Assembly (NCBI RefSeq): GCF_963921235.1 | Contig: NC_086097.1 | Location: forward strand, 117,616,001-117,680,000 | Length of the DNA: 64,000 nt | Direction: 5' to 3' | From: Mobula hypostoma | Taxonomy: Eukaryota | In this document: one piece after another, positions 52,053-64,000 of the stretch | Numbering within the stretch: position 1 is the stretch's first letter | How the letters are laid out: each line of letters begins with the position of its first letter | Notes under the pieces: model-generated | What the model saw: the letters and a program-made list of their open reading frames with translations, nothing else | Told to the model about the DNA's origin: nothing | The model's database searches: none | Translations under genes and position numbers: made by a program

Positions 52053-52486
52053 TAAGTCATTGGCCTGTGTGTCATCACTGACAGTTGATATTTGGCTCAA
52101 TGTGGCTGGATATCAAATTTCAGCTCTCTAATGCAGTGTCACACTCCTATCAATGTTACCATATACTGGAACTCGTATGATCAGTGTTAGTAGAAATACC
52201 AGTGAAAGCTCTCATTCACATCAAAATAAATTTCTGAAGTGGTGTCGCATAGTCCAGCAATGGTCACTATTACATTTCATTTGACTTAACCATTTGCTCA
52301 AATTCAATGAAAATTTATCAGCAGAGTACGTGTCATGATATTCTATCCTGAGATTAATTTTCTTGCAGGCATTCACAATGGAACAAATAAATCAATGAAA
52401 AACTACAAAGGACTGACACACAACCAATGTACAAAAAATAACAAACTGTGAAAATACAAAACAAAACAAATAATAGTAATAATAAT

Positions 52487-53181
52487 GACAATCAAGTGGC
52501 AAACATCATTCACCCAAGTCTTGCTTTAAACTGCAAACTCAAAAAAGAAACAGTACCTTATTATAAATGCATTCTTGATCCAGTTTTAGAGTCAGAGTCC
52601 AACAAATCATATTACTGTCCATCTGTTGTTACAGAAACATAGAAACATAGAAAATAGGTGCAGGAGTAGGCCATTCAGCCCTTCGAGCCTGCATCGCCAT
52701 TTATTATGATCATGGCTGATCATCCAACTCAGAACCCCGCCCCAGCCTTCCCTCCATACCCCCTGACCCCCGTAGCCACAAGACAATCCACAATAACCAT
52801 CTGGATGTAATATTACAGGGTAAGCAAGCAATAACAAGTTATTTAATTGATAGAGCCATTCCAAACATCTAGCATACAGAAATCAGTAAGTGAAAAACAC
52901 CAGAAACAAGCTGAATTTAAAGAGGAAATTAAAAGACAATGGAACAAGAACAGGGTATATATTGTCCCAGCAGTAATGTCTATGACTGGTATCATCCCAA
53001 AGTCACTGCACAATAGCATTAAACAATTAGGTCTGCACAGCAATATTTTTGTAAATCTCCAGAAAGCCACAATACTAAATAGCAAAAGAATAGTTTGAAA
53101 GTTTCTAGCAATTGAGAAATGAGCATGCTTAGTTATGCCCATATCTCAGGCTTTACCAGTTTGAGATGAGAAAGCATATTA
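52487..53181 (+). mobile_element. R4/Dong-clade retrotransposon 3' end (restriction-like endonuclease), flanked by (TAA)n
   Basis: DNQVANIIH..PYYK..PVLE..VT/KTIHNNHLDVIL..LIDRAIP..EKHQK..EIKRQW..VYIVPAVMSMTGIIP..LQKATIL; taa repeats at 52470-52486 and 53182-53195. Confidence 0.82.
52636..52777 (-). mobile_element. Young CR1 3' tip inserted in the Dong-like element
   Basis: Nearly identical to 40600-40745. Confidence 0.93.
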
Positions 53182-55054
53182 AATAATAATAATAAATAAA
53201 TAACTAAAGAAACAATCCTGAGAACATGAGTTGTAGAGTCCGATAGGTTGTAGAATCAAGTGTTGCCATGAGTGAAGTTATCTACACTAGTTCTGGAGCC
53301 TGATCGTTGAAATGTAAGAGCCATTCCTCAACCTGGCGGTGTGGGTCCTGAGGCTCCTGTACCTTCTTCCCAATGGCAACTGTTAGGAGAGAGCATGGCC
53401 TGGATGGTGGTGGTTCTTGATAATGGATGCTGCTTTCTTGTGGCAGCACTCTGCAGATTTGCTCAATGGTGAGGAAGTATTTTCCTATGATGCGCTGATC
53501 TGTTTCCACTACTTTTTGTGGACTTTTCCATTCATGGGCACTGGTGTTTCCATACCAGGCTGTCCTGCAACCAGCTTTCAGCTGAATAACATGACTTTCC
53601 CCAGCATTATGAAATTAGGATCAACTGCAGAATGGAGAAGATTTGATTAGCACCGTCCTTTTCCATGACTTAATTCAGCATCATTCTCTATCACTTTTTT
53701 GTATTTCCCTGTTAGCTTTGAGATTCTTAGTATTTTCCTGCATATTACAGGGCACTGACTGATAAGCTTACAGTTCAACATGGCATTCATAATGGACAGG
53801 GATTTATATGCACCACATTTATACTTTTTTATGCTTCATGAGCTGGCCAATTAATTTGTGCAAGATGTTTTCATCAAAAAGTGTGCGGCAAGATATCATA
53901 TATGCCTTGTACAGCCTCTTTCCACACGTCACAGTGACTGGTACATCTGCCAGAAGATTAGTCAGCGTTTGTATGCTTTGAAAGACTGGACCATGTGTGG
54001 TCTCTGTGGTGCAATATCTACATGCAGTTACATAGATTTGTTGCAAGGTCATGTGGCTTCCAACCTACACTTCCCTCCGGTACCCTTGTCTCCACCATCT
54101 GCTCCTTCTCACTGATGATGTCTGATTCACCCTGTGGCAATCCAAGTTTCTCTTTTACCAGAGCCAATGAAGGGTGAGCCAGTCCCCTGCTGCACTGTGC
54201 TCTCTCCTGCAAGGAGAGGAAGAGTTGAATGAGTGAAAGTTTTAGAGTGTTTTGACTGGATTGAGAGAGAGGCACAATTCTGCATAAAAATGAGAGTTAA
54301 TGTCATTAGATGTGGACATGTGTAAGGAATGGAATGTCAGGGAAAATGGTTCTGTCAGCAGTCCACCTACATTTGCAGCCATGTTGTGGGCAGGTAAAAT
54401 AACGCTTCATTTGTCAAGATTATGTGATACCTTTCCATTTAGCATCAGGGTATTAATTATCAAGACTCATTTCATGATTCTCTAATGTTTGTTCCTTTTG
54501 ATGTAATTGTATTGGTGACAACAACAGTGACTTCCAACCCTTTTGTCCATGCTGAAGTTAAAGACGTACCTCAGGGGCAGTCTAGCCAGAGTTTTTTAGA
54601 ACTTCCATCCTGCTGGATCTAAATTCCCTTGAGATATTTCTAAGACTTTATTACCCAATGCAATTATAATTATTATTTGTTTTTTCCTATTAGTCCAGCT
54701 GACAGAAATAAAAGGAAATCATTATTAAATGAGTCACACTCAGTTTCAACAACTTAATTGATGTTCATGATGATAATATGAACAGCAGAATAGTCTGGTA
54801 GACACCTGTGGTCTATTGTGTTGTAGCAATAAATAATGGCTCTATTAATATAATTAAAGCATCTTACCAATGAAGAAACAAAATTGTATCATTAATGAAG
54901 TTGGAGCACTTAATGCCGTGGCTTGGGTACATGCCTATGATGCTCATGTACACAGTCCTAGCTTGATGAGTCTTTTTATGAGTCAGAAGGTTAGAGGTTC
55001 CAGAATCCGGTTCCAAGAAAGTTTTGCTAGCATCGACATTATGTTTTGAATGTC

Positions 55055-56396
55055 CTATAAGACCATAAGACATAGGTGCAGAAATTTATCTATTAGCCTT
55101 CTCATCCCTATTCTCCTGCCTTCTCCTCTCACACTTGACATCCTTACAATTCAAGAACCTATCAACCTCCCCTTTAAATATACGCAGTGTCTTGGCCTCC
55201 ACAGCTGTCTGTGGCAATGAATTCTACAGATTCACAACCTTCTAGTTAAAGACATTCCTCCTCATCTATGTTCAAGAGGGATGTCCTTGTATTCTGAAGT
55301 TATGCCCTCTTATCCTTGACTCTCCCACTACAGGAAACATCCTCTCCATGTCCACATTATCTAGGCCTTTCAATATTCAATAGATTTCAATGAGATCACA
55401 CTTATTCTTCTAAACTTTATTGAGTACAGGCCCAGAGCCATCAAACACTCCTCATACATTAAATCTTTCAACCCTGAATCATTTTCATTAACTTCCTCTG
55501 GACCGTCTCCAATGCCAGCACATCTTTTTTTTAGTAAGGGGCCCAAATCTGCTCGCAATGCTCCAAGTGTGTCAGATCAACAATTTATAAAGTCTCAGCA
55601 TTACATCGTTTTCATATTCTAGTTCTCTCAAAATGAATGCTAATTTACCTTCTTTACCACCAACTCAACTTGCAAGTTAACCTTTAGAGAATCCTGCACA
55701 AGGACTTCCACGGCCCTTTGAACTTCTGATTTCTCCATTTTCTGACCATTTAGAAAATAATATATCCTTTTCTTCCTTCTATCAAAGTGCATGACAATAC
55801 ACTTCCCTACACTGTATTCCTTCTGACACTTCTCTGCCCATTCTTCTAATCTGTCTAAGCCTTTCTGCAGACTCCCTGCTTCCTCTAACTACCTAGCCCT
55901 CCACGTATCTTTGTATCATCTACAATCTTGGCCACAAAGTCATCATTTCTGTCATCCAAATCATTGACCAGCAATATAAAAAGAAGCAGTACCCTGCAGA
56001 ACACCACTAGTTACCAGCAGCAAATCAGAAAAGGCTCTCTTTTTTCCCAACTCTTTGCCTCCTGCCAGTCAGCCAATCTTCTCTCCATGCTAGTATTTTT
56101 CCTGTAATACAATGTCCTCTTAACATATTAAGCAGTATAATGTGTGGCATCTTGTCAAAAGCCTTTTGAGAACCGAAGTAAACAACATCCACTGATTCTC
56201 CTTTGTGTATCCTGCTTGTTATTTCCTCAAAGAATTCCAACATATTTGTCAGGCAAGATTTCCCCTGAAGGAAACCATGATGACCAAATGTCAAATTTAT
56301 CATGTGCTTCCAAGTACCCCCAAAACTCATCCTTAATAATGGACTCCAAAACATTTTTCCAACCACAGAAGTTAGGCTAATTGGCCTATAATTTCC
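55055..56396 (-). mobile_element. Degenerate 5'-truncated CR1
   Basis: ORF 56025..56366 HGFLQGKSCLTNMLEFFEE..QKAFDKMPH; tail at 55055-55075. Confidence 0.92.
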
Positions 56397-56812
56397 TTAT
56401 AATTCTAAAATTTTACACCTTTGTAATCTACTCTGGAATTTCAGCGTGGTATTGATTGAGTGCTGAACTGGCAGAAATGTTTTTCAAATGAGATGTTAAG
56501 TTGGAGTCCAGTTAGAGTGACAGGAAATAAATCTGTTTTCTGATCTTCAACCCAGAATTTTAACCTCAATTAATATGCACAAAATAGACAGTTTGTACTT
56601 TCTGTAGGCCTGATGCCTGTCTTGGTTAACTTAGTATGAACTGTGTCTACTCTTTGAAGGTACTGTGTTGCCTATGAACCATTTGTGACATTCTGGGATA
56701 CAGAGTGCCTTTTATCAAAGTGAGTTTTCCACTGTTTGCATCCACATGTGCTTGCTTATAACATTTTGTATTTAAATCCTATTTGTCAATCCATGACTTT
56801 ATTGATTAACAG

Positions 56813-57113
56813 ATTAAGATTTAATATTAGCTTTATTTGTCACATGTACATCAAAACAAGCAATGAAATAATCATTTGTCAAACTGGCGAGATCGTGCTG
56901 GACAGCCCACGAGTGTCACGACTCTTCCGGTGACAACATCACATGCTCAGAACTCACTCACCTTAACTGTAGGTCTTTGGAATGTGGAGGAAACCAGAGC
57001 ACACAGAGGTCACGAGGAGAGCGTACAAACTCCTTTCAGACAGCAGTGGGAATCGAGCTCCAATCTTACAGCTACTACACCATAAAGCACTTCACTAGCC
57101 ACAGTACTACTGT
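56813..57113 (-). mobile_element. V-domain SINE (HE1-like)
   Basis: Minus strand ggagtttgtacgctctcctcgtgacc..ggtttcctccacattccaaagac; LINE-type tail. Confidence 0.72.
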
Positions 57114-57747
57114 CCCATCCCTTCTCAATAACTCCTGCCACCTCCCCAGAATCTGCTTCTTGATCCTCCACCATGCACCAGCATTTTCTAGCTTAGTGTG
57201 CTTCCAAGTACTTTACAACCAACAAAATACTTCTGGAATGCAGCACAAAAGATCAAGGAGGTATTTCTAGACACACAGTTTTCAGTGATGTTGGCCAAGA
57301 CACCAGAATCTTTGTTGAATAATGCCAGAGGATTATTAATGTCCAGGCTGAGAGACTCATTTCAACATCTCATTTAAAAGTCAGCACCTTTGAGAGTGAA
57401 TATTCATGCTTAGTGGAGAGTCACTGTTTGTTTCACCCCAACTGTTCACATTTTGAGAATATTGCAGCTAGCAGCTCTGACTCATGACAGAAATTAGCCA
57501 TCTTGCAATTAGCATTTGCATATGTGAAAGTTAAGTTTACTTAATCTAATGGCATGTGCTTATTCTGGAAGTTTCCTAAAAGTAGCTCATCAAATGTCAA
57601 TCGATGGATGCAGGAAGAATCAGCTCTTAACTCTTTAAGGCATGAGGAACAGAATCAGGTTTAATTTTACTGGCATGTCTTGTGAAATGTGTTGTTTTGT
57701 GGCAGCAGTACAGTGCAATACATAAAAGAACTATAATTTACAATAAG

Positions 57748-57749
<2 letters not shown>

Positions 57750-57788
<39 letters not shown>
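57750..57788. repeat. (TA)n microsatellite within a LINE 3'UTR remnant (57650-58500)
   Basis: Direct reading. Confidence 0.95.
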
Positions 57789-57795
57789 AAATAAA

Positions 57796-58411
57796 TGTAA
57801 TACTCAGTGCTATCACTTCACATTCGTCTAGGGGAAACCGCCGTCTGCCCGCCAAACTGTGTCTCACGTTTGCGTAGATGCTGTGTATGCACTCTGGTAC
57901 AAACCCCACAATGTAAAACATCAGGCAGTACACAATGTACATTTAAAAATTTACTTTATAAATTTTACTGTGACTATGGGGTTAGTAGAGAAACAAAAAT
58001 ATAAATTGAAAAGGCGCCAAAAGTAGGGATTATACAGTTCTTGCACAACGTTGAAGCTCACGTAATGTCCTCGATCCACCATTTGATTTCCTCCGAACTC
58101 CATGACCCTCGGACTGGGACAAACCACAGTGGTCTACCAGTGCGCGTCCCGCACGTCCGTCCCCTTCGCCTCCCCTCGCTGATTTCCCACGTACTCACCC
58201 ATGTTCCCACACATCCAGATAGAATAACATGACTTCCATTGGTTAGTTCTCCGTTATCTATAACTATAATCCAAACATTTCAGCTGCAAAGAACATTACC
58301 TCATTAGTTAACATTACAGAGAAGTCATTTCATTATAGCACTACAGAGAAGCCATTTTATTATTAGCAGTTAACAGTTACCATTACAGTTAATATTACTG
58401 AGAACCCTACA
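57796..58411 (-). mobile_element. Solo LTR (Gypsy type)
   Basis: TG..CA ends (tgtaatactcagt / actgagaaccctaca); 4-bp TSD taaa (57792-57795, 58412-58415); U5 resembles the neighbouring LTRs in reverse. Confidence 0.85.
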
Positions 58412-59283
58412 TAAATTAAATATGTAGTGCAAAAAGAGAGCAGGAATAGTGTGGCATTGTTTGTGGGTCAGTTCATTGTCCTTCTGAAATCAGATGGAGT
58501 ACTCCAAGATTCAAGTACATTTATTATCAAAGACATTTGTTTGCTTGCAGGTAGTCACAAAACAAGAAACCAAAAATAACACAATTAAAGTGTAAGGGGA
58601 TTTCGTCTCTTATGTTACTGCGTAGGCTAATTAAAATGGCTTCTTTGTTATGTAATACTTGGGAATGCTTCTTTGTTATGTTAAACGCTGAGAAAGTTTT
58701 TTGAGCTAGCAGCTTGTTTTGGGTTAGGCGGTGATAAGAAAATGTTACGAACCAATTGGGATAATTGTTATGATTTTGGTGTATCTGGCAGATTTGTATG
58801 TGCGGTGTTTTGGAGGCAGAAGGCGGGAGAGAGAGACAGAGGATGGACCAGGTGCTGTGAGTCCGCTAACTGGGTCAGACCCCAAGGAGGGCGTTCGGCG
58901 AGGAGAGGAGATGGAGACGGACTCGTGTGGAGCGTCTGGTCGACCACCAGGCGGCCGGTCGAGGTGGTCTGAGGGGTCGCAGGGTGAAGAAAAAGGGTCC
59001 TGAGCTCCAACTGTTTGTGCATGAAGAGATTGAACTTTGATAAGTGTGGTGCCTTTTATTTTCCTTTTATATTTTATTCTCTATTAATTATATAGTTCCA
59101 GTAATATCTATAAACTGTAAATCATTTAATCATATCCGGTGTATTGTCTGTTATTTGGCCTGGGTGGGGCACATCACACAGCATCCACACAAACTAATTA
59201 CCCCAGTTTAGTGGGGCTGAGGGCTGTTTCCCTAGACAACAGCGAGCCAAGCGACACTGAGGGTGGCCAGGGGGGCTACATTG

Positions 59284-59301
59284 TGGGGGCTCGTCCGTGA
59301 T
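59284..59301 (+). promoter_or_regulatory. Primer-binding site complementary to tRNA-Pro
   Basis: tgggggctcgtccgtgat versus the canonical tRNA-Pro PBS tgggggctcgtccgggat (17/18). Confidence 0.88.
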
Positions 59302-59765
59302 TGGATCTACTGGTATGCTGTGTGGTTGCCCTTTTTAAATCAGTAATGTGTGTCTCTGTGGGTTATCTGCTGGTTATTGCTGTAAGCATGGTGGTGAGGT
59401 CTTTGTTCGAGTTCAGGGTAGCATTGACGAGTTGGAGGTGGAAATCGGGGCTGTCCATGCTGTTGGGAGAGAGAGGAAAGAGTGGTCTGATTTGAAGTAG
59501 GGTCTGCGAATAAATGTTCTGACTATGGCAGGCTCCGCCTGGCATTTGGGATAGTGTCCACCCCATGAGGGGCGGAGGCGTGCGAGACGTGGGCGGAGCA
59601 GATCTCTCAGTTGTTAGATGAGTGGCAGTGCTCGGTTGAGGGAGAGCAACAGGGTTTGGTTGAAAGTTTAAGTAGGCAGGCTGGTGACGGTGTTAGAGCT
59701 GTCAGGTTCACTTACACCATAGTGACAGCTGTCAGTTATTTGAAAGAAGGGGGAAAGTTTTCAGG

Positions 59766-60965
59766 GTGTCTTCTCTGGCTAGGAGGGTGGCTAAATTGCT
59801 TGCAGTGCCAGGGGGATCATTTCAGGGGGTCAGCCCCTCCTTCAGTTGTTCAGCTGATCAGAGAGGTGTCGGGAAACTTAGTGGAGGCCCAGTGGGGGAA
59901 TGGCTTGGGGTCTCTGGGGAAGCACGTTCCCAGCAATATACCAATGAACGTCTGGAAGGAAAAGACCCTATTCCTGAAGGCTTAGAGGGACCTCACCCCA
60001 GGGTGTCGTTATGGATAGAGGGACGCGATGCTAAAGCCAGCCTCGACCCCGGGGCTCAGGTCAAGTTGTTGTACAGTTCGTTTTACAACCGGTGTCTGAA
60101 GCATTTACCGTTGACAACAGCAAGGGCACCGGAGATTTTGGGTACCAGTGCCAGTAGTTATCCAGAAGACGATGATTGGTTAATGACCCTGGAGTTCCTG
60201 GGGGCATTATCAGGGCACCCAGCGTGTCGAGTTGCTTCTGAGGACGTGTGTAGCAGCCTTGAGCCGGTACCGAATTTAAGCGAGAACTGGCTGTGGTACG
60301 GCCTGGGGAAACTAGCTGAGGGTGAGACCCACTTAGTAGATGCTCCGAACTACCACGAGCGAGGGGGGTTGACCGCTGAAGACACTTCAGTGAGAGAGAG
60401 GTCACAGCAGCTGGACCCTGGTACCGTGGAAGACGGAGGCAGCGTGTGTGTGGATTATGCAACGTGGTTTAATGTGCTGGATCTGAGGAGTGGATGTTGC
60501 CAGATCCCGAGGAGTGCGGCTGTCGAGCCGAAGACGGCCGTTATTAGTTCCCTAGGAGTCTACCAAGCCGAAAAGATGCCCAAGAGCATATCCGGAGCCC
60601 CTGCATCCTTCCCGCAGGGCATGAGGAAGACCATGGGGGAAGTGAAGGTGTGTGGAGTTTTGGCGTATGTGGATGACTGCCTAGAGCTTGGATTCACCTG
60701 GAGGGACTATGAAGCGAAGCAAGAGTTGAAGGAGTCCCTGAAGAAGCTGGCGTCTCGACTGCAGGAGGCTGAAGGGGTAGCCCCGGCTAAATGTTTCAGT
60801 TTGGAGAAACTTAAACAGCAGCTACCGATCGAGGGAATGAGGAAGAATACGGATTCGAAGGATGATGTGCTGCACATGTGGTACCTGCTGCCCTTCGCTA
60901 ACTTCCCCTTGATTGAGGAAGAGACCTTTGGCCCTTGTCCCACTGAGTCAGGTGTAGTGGGGTAG
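59766..60965 (+). pseudogene. Open patchwork pol ORF (protease, RT and integrase C-terminal remnants)
   Basis: [12 protein letters not shown] (PR); [33 protein letters not shown] (RT); VLHMWYLLP (IN C-terminus-like). Confidence 0.75.
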
Positions 60966-62032
60966 GCTAGCTGTGGGCAGTCTGAGTTGCGGCAGGATCA
61001 GGAAGGAGGAGAGGCGGGGCCCCGGACATGGGACAGGGGGCTCCGAGCTATAATGGCGGCCTGAGTGCGAGAGGAGTTGGCAAGCAGGTCCGAGGTATCC
61101 CTAGCAGTGTCTGAGCCTTTTGGGTTTAGATGAGGGGGTACTAAGGTCTTGGAGGGTTAAGAAGCTCCCAGATAGGTTGGCCTATGTAGCGCCCGTGTGA
61201 CGGGTGTAAGGTCCACTGTTTGGGGAGCACTGTCACTGTGTGTATCTGTGTATGGACGTGTTGTGTGTCTGCAGGACTGGTTGGTGAGTTACTTAGAAGT
61301 CATGAGGACATGGCTTTTTTTGGTGGGGGGAGAGTGTAAGGGGGTTTTGTCTCTTATGTTACTGCATAGGCCAATTAAAATGGCTTCTTTGTTATGTTAT
61401 ACTTGGGAATGCTTCTTTGTTATGTTAAACGTTGAGAAAGTTTTTTGCGCTAGCAGCTTGTTTTGGGTTAGTCGGTGATAAGAAAATGTTACGAACCAAT
61501 TGGGATAGTTGTTATGATTTTGGTGTATCTGGAAGATTTGTATGCGTGGGGTTTTGGAGGCAGAAGGCGGGAGAGAGAGACAGAGGAGGGACCAGGTGCT
61601 GTTAGTCCGCTAACGGGGTCGGACCCCGAGAAGGGCGTTAGGTGAGGAGAGGAGACGGAGACAGACTCATATGGAGTGTCTGGTCGACCACCGTTGTTGG
61701 TCCCAGGCAGCCGATCGAGGTGGTCTGAGGGGTCGCCGGTTGAAGAAGGGTCCTGAGCTCCAACTGTTTGTGCACGAAGAGATTGAACTTCGATAAGTGT
61801 GGCGCCTTTAATTTTCCTTTTATATTTTATTCTCTATTAATTATATAGTTCCAGTAATATCTATAAACTGTAAATCATTTAATTGTATCTGGTGTATTGT
61901 CTGTTATTTGGGCGGGGTGGGGTACATCTTACAGCATCCACACAAACTAATTACCCAGTTTGGCGGGGCCGAGGGCTTTTTCCCTAGATGACAGCAAGCC
62001 GAGCGACCCTAAGGGTGGCCAGAGGGGCTACA

Positions 62033-62440
62033 AAAGAAAAAAAGAATTAAAAATTAAGACAAAAGACCAACACTCGATGCACAAGAAAGCAAATCATGCA
62101 AACAATTGAAGCAAACAACAGCATTCCGAACCAAAACTGAGTTCTGAGATCCAAACCTTGGAGCAGTCTCACTTACGAGTTCATTGTATTAGTGGGCACA
62201 GAGCACAGCAGCAGGGGTAGTCTTCATAGCCAGATCTCCATGGAGATGACCATCGTGGAGAACGAGCAAAATCAGCTCTCATCCTGACTGATACCCTGTC
62301 TTTTCAGCCTACCTGGGCCGGCATTTAAATTGACCCAACAACGGGACTGCAAGAGGCTCCATGCCCTGGAATGAGGAGTAGAGATTGTGGAGAGCGAGCA
62401 AAATCAGTTCTTCCCTCCAATCTGGGCTAGCATTTAAATT
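62033..62440 (-). mobile_element. Unclassified repeat (with 58507-58590) split by the LTR element; same family as 1-310
   Basis: Sequence continues across the aaag TSD; LINE-like tail at 58507-58530. Confidence 0.6.
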
Positions 62441-62474
62441 GAGAAGAGGGATGTCCTGTTTGATGGGGGTCCCT

Positions 62475-62745
62475 AAAGATGGATGCCTCCTTCTGGCAGC
62501 ATCACCTCTTGAAGATGTCCTGAATGCTGAGAAGGCTCATGTCCACGATGGAGCTGGCTAAGCTCACAACCCTCTGCAGCTTTTTCTGATGCTATGCAGT
62601 GGCTCTGCCAGACCAGATGATAATGCATCCAGTTGGAATGCTCTCCACGGTACCTCTGTAAGACATTTGCTAGTCTTTGAGGACATTCCAAAATCTCCTC
62701 AAACTCCGAATGAAATATAGCCACTGATGTGTTTTCTTTGTAACA
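62475..62745 (-). mobile_element. Rex1/Babar fragment
   Basis: Minus-strand homology to 42285-42590 and 48300-48500. Confidence 0.78.
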
Positions 62746-63060
62746 ACATTTGAGATTATTGCTGTCAGTTGAAGAGCGCTTCTTATTTCTTTTGAATTTT
62801 ATGTCATTATATTGAGAATTACTGAAATAAATATACAGAACAGAAGACAGGGTTGTAGAAAGGAGAAGGTCCATCAACACGTCATTTGGATCATTGCTGT
62901 ACTATATGTCGACATAGCTGAATACAATTAAATGCTTGATGCTGGTAGTGCTGACCTAAGAGAACATGCTGATGTTAGCTTGCTTATCGTGTCATGTTAG
63001 TGGATTTGGTGGATTGTGTGGCAGCCAAATATATGATACCTCTCAGTGCATTGAAATGTT

Positions 63061-63780
63061 TGAGGGATGGTACAGGTAGAGGCATGATCAGGTCCTGAAG
63101 ACCATCGCTGAAGCCGTCAGCGCAGGAGTTGAGTGGGCGAAGCGGTCCTGACCCTCCAAGCAGACCATTGCCTTTGTCAGAGCTGGGGAGCAGCCAATAC
63201 CTGCCAAAAGAACATCTGCAGGCATTCTGACCTCTGCAAGGGACTGGCAGCTGTTGGTGGACCTCAAAGGGCAGCTGAAGTTCCTCAACCATATCGCAGC
63301 CACCACCCTGCGACCAGACATTGTCCTAGTGTCTGAGTCTACTAAGCAAGTGGTGCTGCTGGAGCTGACAGTCCCATGGGAAGATAGCTTGGAAGAGGCC
63401 TTTGAAAGGAAGCTCTCCAAGTACGCAGGACTGGTCAGTAACTGTCAGCAGGCTGGATGGAGAGCGAGGTGTCTCCCAGTGGAGGTTGGTTGTAGGGGAT
63501 TCGTAGCCCGTTCTTTAGTTAGAGCCTTCAGCATTTTGGGCATCGAGGGAGAGAGGAAGAGGAGAGCCATCCGCAGTACCACTGATGCGGCAGATGGCCT
63601 CAAGATGGCTGTGGCTCAAAAGAGGGGAGCAATGGAGTCATAAGTAGCTAGCCATCTGGACAGAAGCTAGGGTCTGATCAGCCCTGGCTGGGTCACCTGG
63701 AGGAGGATGTCTGATGTTGAAAGACCCAAAACACCCGATGATTCCAGGAACATCACTGAAGATGTGTCCAGAAGCATCAA
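63061..63780 (+). mobile_element. HERO-clade non-LTR retrotransposon 3' end (restriction-like endonuclease + 3'UTR)
   Basis: EGWYR*RHDQVL..IAFVRAGE..DWQLLVDL..TTLRPDIVL..LLELTVPWE..ERKLSKY..PVEVGCRGF (PD..E..K RLE). Confidence 0.85.
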
Positions 63781-64000
63781 TAGATGTGTGTACACAGCTA
63801 GATAGACCATGTGGAGGATGAGGGTCATGGCTCACTTGTTGACCATCAGCTTTCTGCTGGGTTTGCGATTTTGATTGTCTGATTTAGGGAAAAATATTTT
63901 GCCCTTTGGGAGAAGGGCTGCAGCAATATGCCAGTCCTTCCATCTTCTCTGTAAATCTGTTAGCACAGCTGCATTGGGTGGCAGTATATTTTTTCTCCCT

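Larger units (their letters stand above)
52310..53575 (-). mobile_element. Rex1/Babar 3' portion hosting a Dong-like element
   Basis: Minus strand CHKKAASIIKNHHHPGHALS*QLPLGRRYRSLRTHTARL; 3'UTR continues on both sides of the insertion. Confidence 0.8.
58591..62032 (+). mobile_element. Non-autonomous, internally deleted Gypsy LTR element
   Basis: LTRs at 58591-59280 and 61335-62032 (TG..CA); TSD aaag; PBS at 59284-59301; PPT ggggggagag before the 3' LTR; ~2-kb internal gag/pol patchwork. Confidence 0.95.

Noticed and set aside
63700..63745. Hammerhead in the HERO 3'UTR (ctgatg..aaaac)
   Set aside because: Core is CUGAUGU, with no proper stem II/GAAA/NUH arrangement.

Overview
Eukaryotic, transposon-dense window. 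The repeat repertoire suggests a cartilaginous fish, probably a ray or skate; this is an inference. It reads as intronic or intergenic DNA: I could not confidently identify any host protein-coding exon, rRNA or true tRNA gene. Nearly all long ORFs belong to mobile elements. These include many CR1 LINE copies of several subfamilies and ages, Rex1/Babar and RTE fragments, and two restriction-like-endonuclease retroposons (R4/Dong type and HERO type). Also present are a decayed Gypsy element with nested insertions (16.6-26.1 kb), an internally deleted mini-Gypsy with both LTRs, tRNA-Pro PBS and TSD (58.6-62.0 kb), a solo LTR, Tc1 derivatives and tRNA-derived SINEs. The most notable items are: (1) a Penelope-like insertion with a GIY-YIG domain, inverted terminus, TSD and an apparently intact minimal hammerhead ribozyme, plus a family of palindromic mini-derivatives; (2) a TGT..ACA foldback element with ~315-bp arms (Ginger-like); (3) a hAT-like element with a 6-bp TSD; (4) a 399-codon stop-free PR-RT-IN patchwork inside the mini-Gypsy. 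All boundaries were read by eye, and family names come from motif recognition, not database searches.
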